Of a DNA stretch of 64,000 nt, positions 1 to 13,700 are shown one piece after another (within the stretch, counting starts at the first letter, position 1; every line of letters starts with the position of its first letter). This DNA is from Cetorhinus maximus (lineage: Eukaryota). The DNA lies in the NCBI RefSeq assembly GCF_964194155.1, contig NC_135903.1, forward strand, positions 8,308,001-8,372,000, written 5' to 3'. The position numbers were made by a program, and so were the translations under genes. The notes below the pieces were generated by a model, which saw only the letters and a program-made list of their open reading frames with translations, did not search any database and was not told the origin of the DNA.

Positions 1-2839
1 CTACATGAGTGGGTGGTCCTCCTGCCCTCTTGTCCAAAAGCTCTTCCTCAATCAAACACTTCTGGGTTAATCACTCATTCAGGCCCAAGGACGGGCAGGC
101 TGCCGGATGCCTTACCACGCACCCTGTCCCATCCCTGTAATACTGGGGGACAGGTTAGGGGCGGACAGGCCACCTGCCTTATTTTACGTGCCCAACCCCC
201 GCCTTTAGATACATCAGCGAGGGGGCTGTAAAATTCATCCCAAAGCGTTTGGCAAAAGAACCAGAGGCGTCTTGAGGAAAACATTTTTGATGTAGCGGGT
301 TGTTGTGATCTGGAACTTGCTGCCTGATTCAGTGGGAACTTTCAAAAGGGATTTGGGTAAACGTGTGAAGGAGATAAAAGAATGTAGATCTATGGGGAAA
401 GGGCAGGGGTGTGGGATTAATTGGATAGCTCAAAGAGCCAGCACAGGTCCAATGGGCCAAATGGCCCCCTCCTGTGCTTTACAGTTCTATGAAGTGATAT
501 TTCCTTCATTATAGCACAAGACCAAGCAGCCGGTTTCACATGGGAGAGGAGAAGCAATGTCTGAAGTTTTTGCATATTCCATTCACTTTCCCACACCGAC
601 AGCAAAGACAGAAATCCAGCTGCTCTTGTTCCCGAGTCATAATTTATTTCAAATCATAAATACTCTTATTTGCATAATGTGACATCACCCTCCTTGCCAA
701 GGGGCAGTAATACTCACTCCTGATAAAAATTCAAATTAAAACACCCCAAGCTAGCAGCAAGACTGAGAAAGACAGATCACAGTTCTCTATTAAACACTGA
801 AGCATCAGATTAGCTTACTGATTAAATATATTGGACCATCTTTGTGAACTATTCTTGAATATTCAAATTTCCGAACTAATCCATCCCTTTAATTTAAACC
901 AAAAAATAATACTTGCAAACTCCAGACTCAAACATTCCAAAGTTTTCCCATCTGCTACTCTCCATAAACTTGAGTTCAACCAAAATTTTGCTGTCCTTAT
1001 TCTAACTCCAAACAAGCCCCATTCACTTATCAGCCCTGTCCTTACGGGACCTGCAAAGGCTCCCAGTCCAACCTCACTGCTAAAATTCTCATCCATCTTT
1101 TCAAATCCCTCCATCGTCTTGTCCTTTCCTACTCACGTAACCTTCTCCAGTCCTACAACTGCCACCCACTGTCCGAGAACTGTGCTCACCCAATTCTTGG
1201 CTTTTGTTCATCCTCGATTTCCATCTCCCCATTATTGGTGTCATGCCTTTAACTGCCGAGAATCTAAGTTATGGAATTCCCTCAATAAGCCTCTCCGCCT
1301 CTCTCTGCCCTCCTTTAAGACTCTAATCAAAAACAAACTCTTCGTCCAAGCTTTTGCTCACCTGTCCTCATGCCTTCACCTTTGTCTAGGTGTCAATTTT
1401 TTGTCCAATTATGCTCCCGTGAAGCGCCTTGGGGTGTAAAGGTGCCGTGTAAATGCAAGCTGTTGTTGTGTCCAAGGAGAGGCCATGTACTAAAGGTGAA
1501 ACATTCCCCCCTCCCTATTCACTCTACACAATTAGTTCTCCCCATTAACCAAAGCACAGAAAGACAATGTAGTCAGGAGCAAAGCGCGGCAGTCTGCAGG
1601 CCAAGCGACTGATGAAGGTGAATTTCCATGAGAGGAGGAGTGGAGGGTGGTGTGGGGAAGAGATGAGCTGAAACACAAGGCGAGTCAAGCACGCTGAGAG
1701 TGACGTCCCTAGCTATACTAAAGCCTGTACGTCTGTTATGCTCCTAGCCAACTCGCTTTGCCAAACCTCCAGGATTGTTCTGGAAGTTTCCCAGTATTAC
1801 AGATGTCAGCCACGCCTCAGTGGATAGCACTCTCATCTCAGAGTCTAAAGACTGTGGGTTCAAGTCGCACTCCAGAGACTTGAGCACAAAAACCTTCAGT
1901 GAGGGAGTGCCACATTGTAAATGCAAATCTTTCTTTTTTTAAATGTATTAATCTCTGGGATGCTGCTGCAGATTGGAGGCAGGAGGCCATGTAATGAAAC
2001 CTCCAGGAATTGGCCAATCAGAGTTGGCAATCCTATGGTCTGTTGTTGTTAAACTTCTGATGTTACACTTGGCCCCACCACTAATGCATAAGGTCATATT
2101 GACCTATTCACCAAGATTCTAATATTTTCAAATTCAAAGTCTCAATTATTCTGTTGGTCCATATTTGTGTGCACTGTCTTCATCAGACTAAGACCTAGAG
2201 AGGGTAGATGGCCCCAGCATTTATTGCCCTTGTTAAGGAGGCACACTGCTCTCTAGGGTCTGGAGTCATATGTAGGCCAGACCAGGTAAGGACGGCAGAT
2301 TTCCTTCCCTAAAGGGCATTAGTGAACCAGATGGGTGGGTTTTTATGACAATCGACAATGGTATTGTGGTCATTATTTTATTGAATTCAAATTTCACCAT
2401 CTGCCTGGTGGGATTTGAACCCAGGTCCCCAGAGCATTACTGGTCTAGTGACAATACCACTATGCCACCGCCTCCCCTATGGTCCACATAACCAGATTTT
2501 TCAACAGGTGTCACTGCATAGTGCCCAAGAGCAAGTAACGTGGCTAACATTATCCACACTCTGGCCCAGGAATATGCAGCCCAACTATAGCATCCTTAGT
2601 GTGGAACGAGATGAGATCAGCAAACTCAATACTGACTAAGGATTCAACCTGGAATCTCCTGGGTAAGGACAGCTCAATATCATTCAACGCACTAGAGCCG
2701 GGGAGTTCTCCCTGATGTATTGGGTCACTATTTAACCCTCAACATCAGTAAAAAAAGAAAACACATCGTCTTGGTCATTGTCTCATTGCTGTTTGTGGGA
2801 GCTTGCTGTGCACAAATTGGTTGCCCATTTCCCTATGTT

Positions 2840-3296
2840 GTAGGTTGGGCTGTCTGATGAGGAAAGGTTGAGCTTATAGTCATTAACCTTTAGAAGGATG
2901 GGCAGTGATCTTTTTGGAACACATAAGATTCTGAGGGGACTTGACAAAGTGAATGCTGGGAGGATGTTTCCTCTTGTGATGGAGTCTAGGACTAGGGGGC
3001 ACAGTTTAAAAACAAGGGGTCTCCCATTTAAGATGGGGATGAGGAGGAATTTTTTTTCTCTCAGAGGGCTGTTAGCTTTTGGAGGCCTCTTCCACAGAGA
3101 GGATTGGAGGCTGGGTCATTGAATATATTCAAGGCTGACTTAGATTTTTGATTGGCAAGGGAGACGAGGGTTATGGAGGGGGGGAGGCGGGCAGGAAAGT
3201 GGAGTTAAGGCCACAATCAGATGAGCTATGACCTTATGGAATGGCGGAGCAGGCTCGAGGGGCCGAATGGCCTACTCCTGCTCCTAATTCTTATGG
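2840..3296 (+). mobile_element. CR1 LINE 3' fragment inserted into a Deu-SINE (SINE halves about 2700-2840 and 3300-3372)
   Basis: RTRGHSLK...RRNFFS peptide and tail ggccgaatggcctactcctgctcc. Confidence 0.88.
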
Positions 3297-3544
3297 TCAC
3301 GTTAGTGACTACACTTTAAAAACCTTTGGGACACCCTGAGGCGTGAAAGACATAATTATAACTTTTTCTTTCTTCACTACACAATGGCAGAGCTTCTTCA
3401 TTAACGCCCTGTTTCTTTGTCCAAACTCTTGCACTGGATCCTCCGCAGAGCTAATGCACGATTATCTGATTAGATTGAGTCACATGTTAAGCAGCACCTT
3501 TCGAGTGAGGTCTATCTGCCCACAGAAAAATGTGGTAATCTGAC

Positions 3545-3933
3545 CTGTTACAGAGGCTGGTTGATGGTGGAACATTAAGGGATGCAGACGAATGTGGGAG
3601 GGAGTTATGGATCGATGCCACAGATGCAGACGATTGGTTGACACCATTCAAAGGACCGACAATACCGTTGCTGGCCAGTTGGTTCCCTGGAGGGCATCCC
3701 ATCATCCCGCCCATCGTCGGCAGGGCAGAGAATGCGGTTGTTGCCATGGAAACGCCAGCGGCCAGACTTCCCATGCAGGTCCTGGTCAGGCCATTGACCT
3801 GCTGCTGCATCCCAGTCATCCCTGGGATCTGGAGTGAGACCGGACTTTGCTGCAATGGAGGCAGTGCAGGAGGGGGAGTACTCTGTAGGGACGAAGATGA
3901 ACTGCTTCTACTGTGGCAACCAGAATGGAGATC
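3545..3933 (-). CDS. MLLT6: MLLT6/AF17 coding exon (389 nt, phase 0/2): DLHSGCHSRSSSSSSLQSTPPP...PPGNQLASNGIVGPLNGV...SLCN
   Basis: Extends ORF 3487..3855 upstream. Acceptor ctccctttctgcag|GAT, donor ACAG|gtcaga. Resembles AF17 DPHSGCPSRSSSS and AF10 PGNQLAINGIVGALNGV. Confidence 0.93.
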
Positions 3934-4387
3934 CTGCAGAAAGGGAGAGAAAGATCCAATTAAACTCCATGGTGAGATTGAGTCAATTATCTGATTTAAC
4001 CTTCAAACAAGAAATTTTAATAATCTATGCATTTCCAGAACTCCTCGTCACAATTAAGTCTATGAAAAAAGTGCTCTTTATTCCAGAACAGAGGAGGCTG
4101 AGAGGTGACCTGACCAAGGTGTATAAATTAATGAAAGGGTTCGATAGGGTTGACTTAAAGATGCTTCCATTATGGGGCGTCCAAAACTTTGGGCCATCAA
4201 TATAAAATAGTTCCTAATATATCCAATAACGAGTTCAGGAGAAACTTCTTCACTCAGTTAAGTGGTGAGAACGTAGAACTGGCTTCCACATGGCATAGTA
4301 TAGAGGCATCTAAGAGAAGCGAGATGAAGACATGAGGGAGAAAGCAATAGAAATGTATGCTGATAGGATGAGATAAAGTAAGGCTTC

Positions 4388-4500
4388 CTCTCTCTCTCTC
4401 TCTCGTGCACGCACACTCACTCTCCCGCACACTCACTCTCCCGCACACTCACTCTCCCGCACACTCACTCTCCTGCACACTCACTCTCCCGCACACTCAC
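4388..4500. repeat. (CT)n followed by about 5.5 copies of a 16-bp unit CACACTCACTCTCCCG
   Basis: Directly visible. Confidence 0.92.
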
Positions 4501-6135
4501 AGCCTAAACGGCAGCACAGACCAGATGGGCCCAATGGCCAATTTCTGTGCTGTAAGTTCATATGTAATGAATTATTTCTGAAGTCCAATGACTGTTTTAT
4601 GCACAGCAAGATCCCATGCAGCAAGGATGGATGACCCATTAATCTGGTCTTAATTTAGAGAAGAATAATAGCCTGGACTGACAAAAAAAAACTACCAGAC
4701 CACCACGGGACCTTTCATGTACCTACCCACACCAAAAAAAGGAGCAAGCCTTTCACTCACTATTCGCTCTTCCGTCTCTGCATCTGGCAGTAGAGGGTTC
4801 AAACCCCATTCCAGACAATTCCGTCTCTGAATTCAGGGTTGACATCCAGAGGGAGACTCACAGCCAGTGAGGTTGTGGGAACCCATAAATTCCTTCACCC
4901 ATATATGACTAACCAACCAAGTCCTGTTCACCAAAAACTCCTGTGCTCACTTACCTACACTGACTCCTGGTTAAACAACACCTCGGGTTTAAAATTCGCA
5001 TCCTTGTTTTCAAACCCTTCCATGGCCTCACCTCTCCCTATTTCTATAACCAGCTCCAGCCCTACAACCCACCTAGAACTCTGCGCTCCCCCAATTCTGG
5101 CCCCTTGCACACACCCAATTTTCATTTTTCCACCACTGGTTGACATGCCTTCAGCTGCCTGGACACTAAGTTCTGGAATTCCCTCCTTATAACTCTCTGC
5201 CTCACTAACACTCTCTCTATTTTCAGATGCTTCTTAAAACCTCGTTGGCCAAGCTTTTGGTCATCTGCCCTAATATCTCCTTAGATGATGCGGTGTCAAG
5301 TTTTGCTTGATAACATTCCCCGAGTGTGATATTTTATGATGTTAAAGGCGCTATCTAAATGTAAGTTATTGTTGCGTCAGACTGCCCATCAGCCTGAAAA
5401 TCCTTCCATGACATTCTGTTCTCAAAGGGAAGAGGGTGAAGATACAACTCCGACAACAACAACGTCTCTCAAAAACGCAGATGAGGACAGAACTTAACAT
5501 TTGATCTTTGGCTCCTTGGACAATGCTGCACTCGCTCAGTATTACACAAAAGTTTTGCCTAAAGGGAGATAGAATGTCACCTTAAATTTAACTAGGAAAC
5601 TTCACTATAATCTCCTTAAATGTTTAAAGATGTAGATTTTCTGACTATTGTTTGTTTCACAAAGATTGAAGTCGGAATGGGCCATTCGGCCCTTCGGACC
5701 TGTTCTGCCATTCAATTACATCGTGGCTGTTTTGTATCTTTAACCTCATCGACCTGCCTTGGTCCCATTTTCCTTAATGCCCTGCCTGACAAAAATCTAT
5801 CAATCTCAGTTTTGACATTTTCAATTAACCCCTCTGCCCCCCCACAACCCCATCTCATGGGCTTTTTGGAGGAGCGGGTTCCAGATTTCCACTCTCCTTT
5901 GTGTGAAAAAGTGCTTCCTGACATCACCCATGAAAAGCCAGGCTCTAATTTTAATGTTAAGCCTCCTTGTTCTGGACTCCCCCTAGATGACGCTCATTGA
6001 GAAACTTGGTGATTTGTGGACAAAATGGTCTGGTGCAGCCCGAACCCAAGGGCATCTATTTGAGCGGAATATTGTAAAATATCGAACCCCAAGGTGCAGG
6101 AAGCATCTGACATCACCAGGCCACGTATTAAATAC

Positions 6136-6224
6136 CTCTGATGATGCGGAGAGCGAGTTCTCAGTCATGAAGCTGCTCTTTGAAGGAGGACTCTTACTGC
6201 TGTTCAGTAGCTCAGAGCTGCAAG
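6136..6224 (-). CDS. MLLT6: MLLT6/AF17 coding exon (89 nt, phase 1/0): ACSSELLNSSKSPPSKSSFMTENSLSASSE
   Basis: Inside ORF 5983..6315. Acceptor ttttccctgggtgtag|CT, donor GAG|gtattt. Resembles AF17 SKSPPGKSSLGLDNSLSTSSE. Confidence 0.92.
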
Positions 6225-9200
6225 CTACACCCAGGGAAAAGAAAAGACGTTGATTAACAGTCAACCGAAACCACTTAAACAGAATGTCTCCATGCCTGTT
6301 GTTCTTACAACACAACAGCAGAACCCATCAACCAAACTGAAAACTCAATCCAATTCCAAAGAAACCAACAAAGAACAAACCTCCACTTAGGCAAAACTCA
6401 CATCACATCTGTCGGGATGGCCCAACGCCTTCCAATTCCTTCAAATGAACGTATCTTTGAAGTGCAATCAACCATTACCATGTAGGAAAACACAGCTACC
6501 AATCTGTGCACAGCAAGGTCGCCCAGCAACTAATTGTGAGCAGAAAATCTGCTTTTTGATGACGTTAGCTGAAGTGTGCGCATGGCAGGGATGGAACGTG
6601 GATTTAGAAAACGCCCTCCTTTAAATCAAACCATGAGATCTTTGATCCTTTATTCTTTCACGGGATGTGGGCGTCACTGGCAAGGCCAGCATTTGTTGCC
6701 CGTCCTTAATTACCCCTTAAATGCTTGCTCAGCCTTTTAAGCCCCATAGCACACATGTAGGTCAGGCCGGGTAAGGACGTCAGATTTCCTTCCCCAAAGG
6801 GCATTAGTGAACCAGATCGGGGTTTTTACAACAATCGATGATAGTTGTCATGGTCACCATTACTGAGACTAGCTTTGAATTCCAGATTTATGATTATGAA
6901 TTTAAGTTGCATCAGCTGCCCTGGTGGTATTCGGACCCGTGTCCCCCAGAGCATTTGCTTGAGCCTCTGGATCACTGGTCCAGTAACATTACCACCATGC
7001 AATCGTTTTCCCCGTTGGAACAAGTTGACAGGCCCCGACCTTAATGTCTCCTTTGAAGGTCACACCATAAAGCATCAATCGTGCAGTGGGTACCAGTTAT
7101 TACGATATGGGATTCCCACAAAAAAATCCTCACTTCCCCTCTTACCAATAACATGAAATGTGTCCCCTCTGGTTACTGACCCTTCTGTTAACCCCAGGAT
7201 TTTGGGCATCACATTGCAACACTCTGCCCATGAAAACAGAAAACTGGCAGTCTCGCTTATAATATTGAAAGGACCGATATTACCTTCAATGAACTCTACG
7301 TGTTTATAGTGCTCAATAAGGTAAATTCCAGTTTTATTTTATGGCAATTTATTGGGTCAGTGCTTTATTTACAGTGCTTTATTGGGTCACAATCTGCTAT
7401 TCCATGCATTGTCACATGAAAACCACAGCACCAATACAGTCAATATTAAAATTACTTCCCATTTTCATACAGTTCCATTACCTCTTTTAGATTTATAGTG
7501 TCAGACAGCACAGACAGAGGTTATTCAGCCCATCACACCCATGCTGCCTCTTTTAAAGAGCTATCCTTGCTCTTTCCCTATAGCCCAGCAATATTTTTCC
7601 TTTTCAAGTGTTTGTCCCCTTCTGAACATTATTACTAAGTCTGCTTCCATCACCCTTTCAGGAAATGCATTCCAAAACAAAACAACTCACAGTATCCAGA
7701 AAAGACCCTCCTCATCTTACCTCTGGTTTTTTTGCCAATTATCTGAAATCTTTGCCCTCTGGCTACTAACCCTCCTGTCAATGAAAATAGTTTATCCTGA
7801 TTTGCCAAATAATATATCAAAGCTCTTCATAATTTGGAACATTTCTGTTAAGTCTCCACTTAACCTCTCTGTTCAAGGGAGACCAATGCCAGTTTCTCTC
7901 ATCTGTCCACGTAATTGAAGACCCTCATCCCTGGCACTGTTCTCGTCAACATCCCCTTCGCCCCTCCAAGGCCATTACATCCTTCCTAAATTGCAGTGTC
8001 CTGAACTGGACACAATACTGCAGCTGAGGCCAAACCAGTGATTTATTAAGGTTTGCCAACTTCTCACTTAGAGCACAGTAACAGGTAAATGCTGACGTTT
8101 ATACTGCACCCAAACTTCTCCCCACCTAGCTTCACCTTGCCCTATCAACATTACCTTCCATCCTTTCTCCTTCATGTGTTTAACTAACTTTCTCTTAAAA
8201 CACATCTATACAACTGTATTCACTCAACTACTCCATGTGATTGTGAGTTCCACATTCTAACCACTTTGGGTAAAGGAGGTTTCCTCTAAATGCGTTATTG
8301 AATTTATTAGTGACCAACATATAATTGCACAATTTCATGAAACGTCTACGTCCAACCCAACTATGATGCTCATTCTGCGTTAGATTTTACTGGATAAGTG
8401 TGCTCCCCTGTAAATTCCTCTATAAATCTTTTCAGTGTTCTCCCCTCTCCTGAACTGGCCATTATTTAGCATGTGAACCTCAACAGTGAGTGCTGTTAGA
8501 CTTTCAGACTGAGGAGGGCATCGCAGCTGGGGTCCTGTACAGGTGTTAGGTTGCCAGGTAGCATTTTAAGAGCAGGAGAACTGGCTGGTTTCCTTAACTC
8601 TAATTCAAGCGCATTGCCATCAACTGGAACAGCCCCAGGTGAGGTTAGTTAAGGCAGTTTGGGAGTTGTGGCTGGGAGTTTTGGGTCTCCATACCACAGA
8701 CTTGGCCTCCGAGTCACTGGGAAAGCCTAGAGAATGGGTTGTTCAACTCCAAAGTATTAAAAGGGAGCCATGTGTCCTTATTGCATGGGCAAACTTGGGC
8801 ACAGAAGCCAGGAGTAACCTCTTGTATGCAACCAGCTCCTTGTCTCATCACCACCAAGAGTATGGAAGGTTACTTTGTAGTTTACCCTAATGGCTCAGTG
8901 CGTACCTGGTCCCAGCTATGTTGGCATCAGGTGTGGCACAGCAGGACTTGGGGCTCCTGTGTTGTACCCTAGTCAGCCTCTGGTAGCTCACATAGCTGGC
9001 CATGATTCCTATGTGAAGCCTAAAGAGTTCAGTTTATGAGATGGGGCATCATCTACACCTGAATCTATTCTGGAAACTCTTTCGAGTTATCAACAGTCAC
9101 AGATTGCAACTCTTTCGAGTACAATCACAGTTCTTGGTTTCCGGGAGTGGGACTGGAATGTGCACTGCAATCAATGAACAGCAACTGAAAGCAAGATCTG

Positions 9201-10023
9201 GACTAGTTTCAATTGCCTATGGTGGTGGAGGAGTTTGGGGGGGGTGTGTGTGTGGATATTGGGGAGGATTTTCCCAGGTTTTTGTTCCTCAAAATTGGAG
9301 CTGGGTTATTACCTTTCCCAGGACATCCCATGTCTATGGGTGTGGGTTTCTTTTTTAGTCAGGGAGTGAGTGTCGCTGGCAAGGCCAGAATATATTGCCC
9401 ATCCCTAACTGCCCTTGAAAAGGTGATTAGCCACTGTCTTGACAGCTGAGTGGCTTGCTAGGACATTCCAGAGGGCAGGTAAGAGTCAACTACACATGGG
9501 TCTGGATTCACATGTAGGTAAGGTAGTAGATTTCCTCCCTAAACGACATTGGTGAATCAGGTGGATTTTTATGACAATCCGATAGTTTCATGGTCACCAT
9601 TACTGAGCCTAGCTTTTTATGTCAAATTTATTTAATTACCTGAATTTAAATTCCTTAGCTGCTGGTGGGATTTTAAATCATGTCTCTGGACCATTAGAGG
9701 TCAGGTCTCTGGATTACAAGTCCTATAATATAACCACTATGCTACTATTTCCAATTGAGGTGTGGAGTGTACGTATTCACATTTTTGTGGGACAGGCTGG
9801 ATGGACCAGAGGGTCTTTTCCTGTTCACCATTGTACATAAGTCTGGCCGTTTCTCCATTTCCTAGACTAAAGCCCCAGTGAGGATAACTCTAGCACCAAA
9901 AGTGATGTCCTGGTTGACATCAAGAGCTCATAACGATGACCCAGATCGGGCACTTCAGGATGCGTGTTGTTCAGTCACGCTCTCATGTCATTAATCAGCT
10001 GGTCACAGAGAAACATTCCTTAC

Positions 10024-10212
10024 CGTTCTGGGAGGTGATTAAATGTGCCTGGGAGGAGGGGCCATTGCTGGATGTCACACTAGCGAAAGGGACGGAAAGC
10101 TGGACATTCAGCAGCTGAAGACGCTCTTTCTTTGCAGAGAGATTCATGATCTGTTCCTGTAAACGCCGATTATCTAACTGAAGCAGGTGCAACGATTTTA
10201 ACATGTCCACAA
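10024..10212 (-). CDS. MLLT6: MLLT6/AF17 coding exon (189 nt, phase 1/1), leucine zipper (DOT1L-binding OM-LZ)
   Basis: ORF 9995..10210: DMLKSLHLLQLDNRRLQEQIMNLSAKKERLQLLNVQLSVPF. Acceptor ttttatctcctag|TT, donor ACG|gtaagg. Confidence 0.97.
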
Positions 10213-10969
10213 CTAGGAGATAAAAAGAAATTAATTTAGTATCTTACCTCTCTCTCCAGAAATACACTTAAATCCAAACCAAATCAATAAAAGCTGCCAA
10301 GTCACTCCAGCTTCACAATATCTTCTCCCTCACTTTCCCAAGATGCAAAACCCAAGCTTGCTCAGGTGGCCATTCATGCTCCTAGGGCGGTGAACATTGA
10401 CAGCAAGAAGATTTAGCATTTAGATGGAGCCTTCATCCTGACAAACATCTCAAAGTATACCATAATACAAAATTAGGTGAAAACGTAAGCTGGGAGGAGG
10501 GCACAAAGAGGCTGCAAAGAGACATAGACAGGTTAAGTGAGTGGGCAACAAGGAGGTAGATGGAGCATAATGTGGGGAAATGTGAAGCTTTTCACTTTGG
10601 TAGTAAGATCAGAAAAGCAGAATATTATTTAAAAGGTGTGAAAATTTTATATGTTGATGTTCAGAGAGACTTAGGTATACTAGTACAAAGAATCCTTTTG
10701 CAACCCAATAAACGCCATCTCCCTGCTCGATTCCACTAGCCCTGCAAAGGTTTCTCCTTGAAATACTTATCAAATTCCCTTTTAAAAATTACTATTGACT
10801 CTGCTTCCACCAGTCTTTCAGACCTTTCTGTGCTTTCTCACTGCATAGAAAAATCAGCCCTCATCTCAGCTCTGGTTCTTTTATCAATTCTCCGTCTCTT
10901 CTGGTTGCTAAATCTTTGACCAGTGGAAATGTGTCCTCTATCTTATCAAAACCCGTTATAATTTTCAAT

Positions 10970-11099
10970 GGGCGGCATTTTCCACACCCGCCGGCCTCCA
11001 GGATCTTCCGGTCCCATCGCAAGTCAATGGACTTCTGGCTGGGGCACTGCCTCACCCTGCGGCGGGTCCCACCCGTGACAGGGCCGGGAAATCCCGGCC
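10970..11099. mobile_element. 130-bp MITE with 3-bp TSD (AAT) inserted in a CR1 fragment
   Basis: Termini GGGCGGCATTTT / GGCCGGGATTTC(rc). AAT on both sides. Confidence 0.75.
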
Positions 11100-11266
11100 A
11101 ATGTCTCTATTATATCTCTCCTTAATTTTCCAGATAGCAAGGCAAAAAGAATCACCACCAAGACATGTCTTCACTTGACATCATCACACGCAGGCACAGT
11201 TTACAGCTGGACTCACAGAACAAAGGTCTGACATTCCGATCCATGATACACTGGGTAAGTACTTAC

Positions 11267-11397
11267 TGTCAATGCCTCCCTCTCCACTCCAGTGCTTGTC
11301 CAGGAGCTCCTCTATGTTGGACGTTGTTTGTGGTACATTCTCCAGTTGACCGGGTATGGTCTGATCGTAGAGGATGGACAAGCCACCAATGGGTGAG
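11267..11397 (-). CDS. MLLT6: MLLT6/AF17 coding exon (131 nt, phase 2/1) with octapeptide motif EELLDKHW
   Basis: Inside ORF 11184..11552. Acceptor cgttacag|C, donor GACA|gtaagt. Peptide SPIGGLSILYDQT...NIEELLDKHWSGEGGID. Confidence 0.93.
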
Positions 11398-12487
11398 CTG
11401 TAACGTTGGGGGAAGGAAGTGATAAGAGTTAGCATTGAAACTTGAAAGAAACAAGTTAAGATAGGGGAAGATAAGTTTTGGGATGCAATCAACTTTATGG
11501 AGGGTAGATGCCGGCCAGGACTCGTTGGAATTCTCAAGTCTAGAGGTAACAAAGGAACGGATGAGAATTTCAGCAGATGAGCTAAGGCAGAAGCTTAATT
11601 GCCGATGTTCCGGAGGTGGATATTAGCGATCCTGGTGATGGGGTGAATATGTAATTGGAAGCTCAAACTGTGTCAAATTTGGCACCAAGGTTGCAAACAG
11701 TCTGGTTCAACCTCAGACAGTTGCCCGGGAGGAGGATGAGTCAGTAGCTAGGGAGCGAAGATTGTGGTGGGAACCGAAGTCAAAGGCTTTGCTCTTCCCA
11801 ATGTTTAATTGGAGGAAATTTTTGCTCATCTAGTACTGAATGTCGGATAAGCAATGTGACAAATCAGAGACAGTGGTGGGGTGGGATGGAGTGGGAGGAT
11901 CGAGAAAGGTGGTGAGGTAGAGCTGGGTGTTGTCAGCGTAAGCATTGGATATGATGTTGTACTTTTGGATGATGTCACTGAGGGGTAACACAGATGAAAA
12001 GTAGGAGAAAGTCAGTAATAGATCCTTAGGGGACTTCAGAGGTGCAGGAATGGGAAGAGAAGCCATTGCAGGTGATTCTCTAAGCAACAATAGAACCCCA
12101 TAAGCAACAATGAGTGAATGACCAGTTATTCTATGCTGTTCCTTAGGTGGCATCGGTTAAGGGAAGAGTCGTAGCCAGGACACTAAGGATACTTGTGGCA
12201 TGTGTCCTTAAACTGGAAAGATGTGCTGGACCTTGATAAGCTGGCAGTCAACAAGAGCTTTCAAAGTCTTAGATAATCTATCAAGGGATATGGAGCAAAG
12301 GCAGATCAATAGAACTGTAATACAGATCAGCCAAGGTCTAACTGAATGGCAGTTCAAGGCTGAATAGCTTTCACTTATCCTTAAGTTCCTAATGTTGCCT
12401 GAATGCCCTGCCTAGTTTTTATGCGATTATGTTTGACATACATCTTTACAATTAAAACATAGGGATACAAAGTAAAGAAAGATTTAC

Positions 12488-12560
12488 GTTGGAGATAGAC
12501 TTCCCCTGGAAGAACTTCCTCTGCAGACGAAACTGCAATCGTTGTCATCCAGATCTGGTT
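12488..12560 (-). CDS. MLLT6: MLLT6/AF17 coding exon (73 nt, phase 1/2): EPDLDDNDCSFVCRGSSSRGSLSP
   Basis: Acceptor tgtttttcag|AA, donor AAC|gtaaat. Resembles AF17 EPDLEDCSFRCRG. Confidence 0.9.
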
Positions 12561-13311
12561 CTGAAAAACAAACAAGAGTGGGATGTAAAATCAGATTCTT
12601 AGAACAGAGATTTGTACATCTACCCAGCCTCTGAGTTTATGTTGAACTCTATCCTGGCTTCTCCAGCCCAACAAGCCACAGAACTCTTGCCTTCCTCCAA
12701 ATCTGTATCCCCCACTTCCTTTGCCCCTTCACTGGTGCCCATGCCTTAAACCGTTTAGACACAAAGCTCTAGAATTCCTAACCCTTTCTGCCCCTCCACC
12801 TCTCTCTCCTCCTTAAAACCAACATCTTTGACTAACCTTTTGGTTGGAAATCAATTTTTGTGACATGACACTCGTGTGATGCACCTTGCAACATTATATT
12901 ACATCAAGAGCATTATTTGAAAGTTATATAAAGACTTGAAGGCAACTTGTTGTCTTCCCTCCTAGTTCATCAGCTTAATAACAATGATTTTTCAGGAGTT
13001 CCCAATGATGCAGTTATCAAGTACAAAGGTGAGGTCTGCTACTAGACCAAAACAGAACCAGTAGCTTGCCCAGGGTTGTTTACAAGTCTATGTTGAGTCA
13101 GATGAGGGATTGCCATGCCCACACACATGGCTAATACCTGTGGTGTTTCAATTTCCCAGGTTCAGATAGGGAAAAGTCAGGAATTAATTCCCTCATTGTC
13201 CCTAATAATTCTCTAATAGTTAGGATGGTGCTGGTCAGTGCTCAACAGGAAGTATGTGGGCTGTTTTTAACCCCTCTCTTTAGCCCAATTGTGTACAAGC
13301 CGATTAAATGA

Positions 13312-13700
13312 GCAACTTGCATTTCTATAGCACCTTTCACCACCTCAGGATGTCCCCAAGTGCTTTACAGACAATTAAGATCTTGTGTAGTCACTATTGT
13401 AAAGTAGGAAATGCAGCAGCCAAAATCTGCACAGCAAGCTCCCACAAACAACAACTAGAAAGCAACCAGATGAAGTGTTTTAGTGATGACGATCGAGGGA
13501 TCAATATTACCCAGGACACTGGAGAGAACTTCCCTGTTCTCCTTCAAATTATGCCATGGCATCCTCTATGTCCACCTGCGAGGGCCAACGGGACCTTGTT
13601 TTACCATCTCATCCAAAGGACAGCCCCTCCGACAGTGCAATGCTCCCTCAGTAATGCACTGGAGTGTCAGTCAGGATTGTTTGCTCAAGTGCAGTGGAGA
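13312..13700 (-). mobile_element. Deu-SINE (other minus copies at about 6420-6645, 25355-25565, 27160-27550, 29490-29890, 37560-37822, 53178-53617, 63312-63717)
   Basis: Reverse-strand Deu core gcagccaaaatctgcacagcaagctcccacaaac. Confidence 0.88.

Noticed and set aside
417-605. MQKLQTLLL ORF as the next Gln-rich MLLT6 exon
   Set aside because: Not Gln-rich and no convincing splice sites. The next exon is probably beyond the window start.
831-1439. 202-aa ORF (likewise 53253..53936, 22100..22675, 30091..30687)
   Set aside because: These overlap decayed L2, Deu-SINE or hammerhead-family repeats and show no gene structure.
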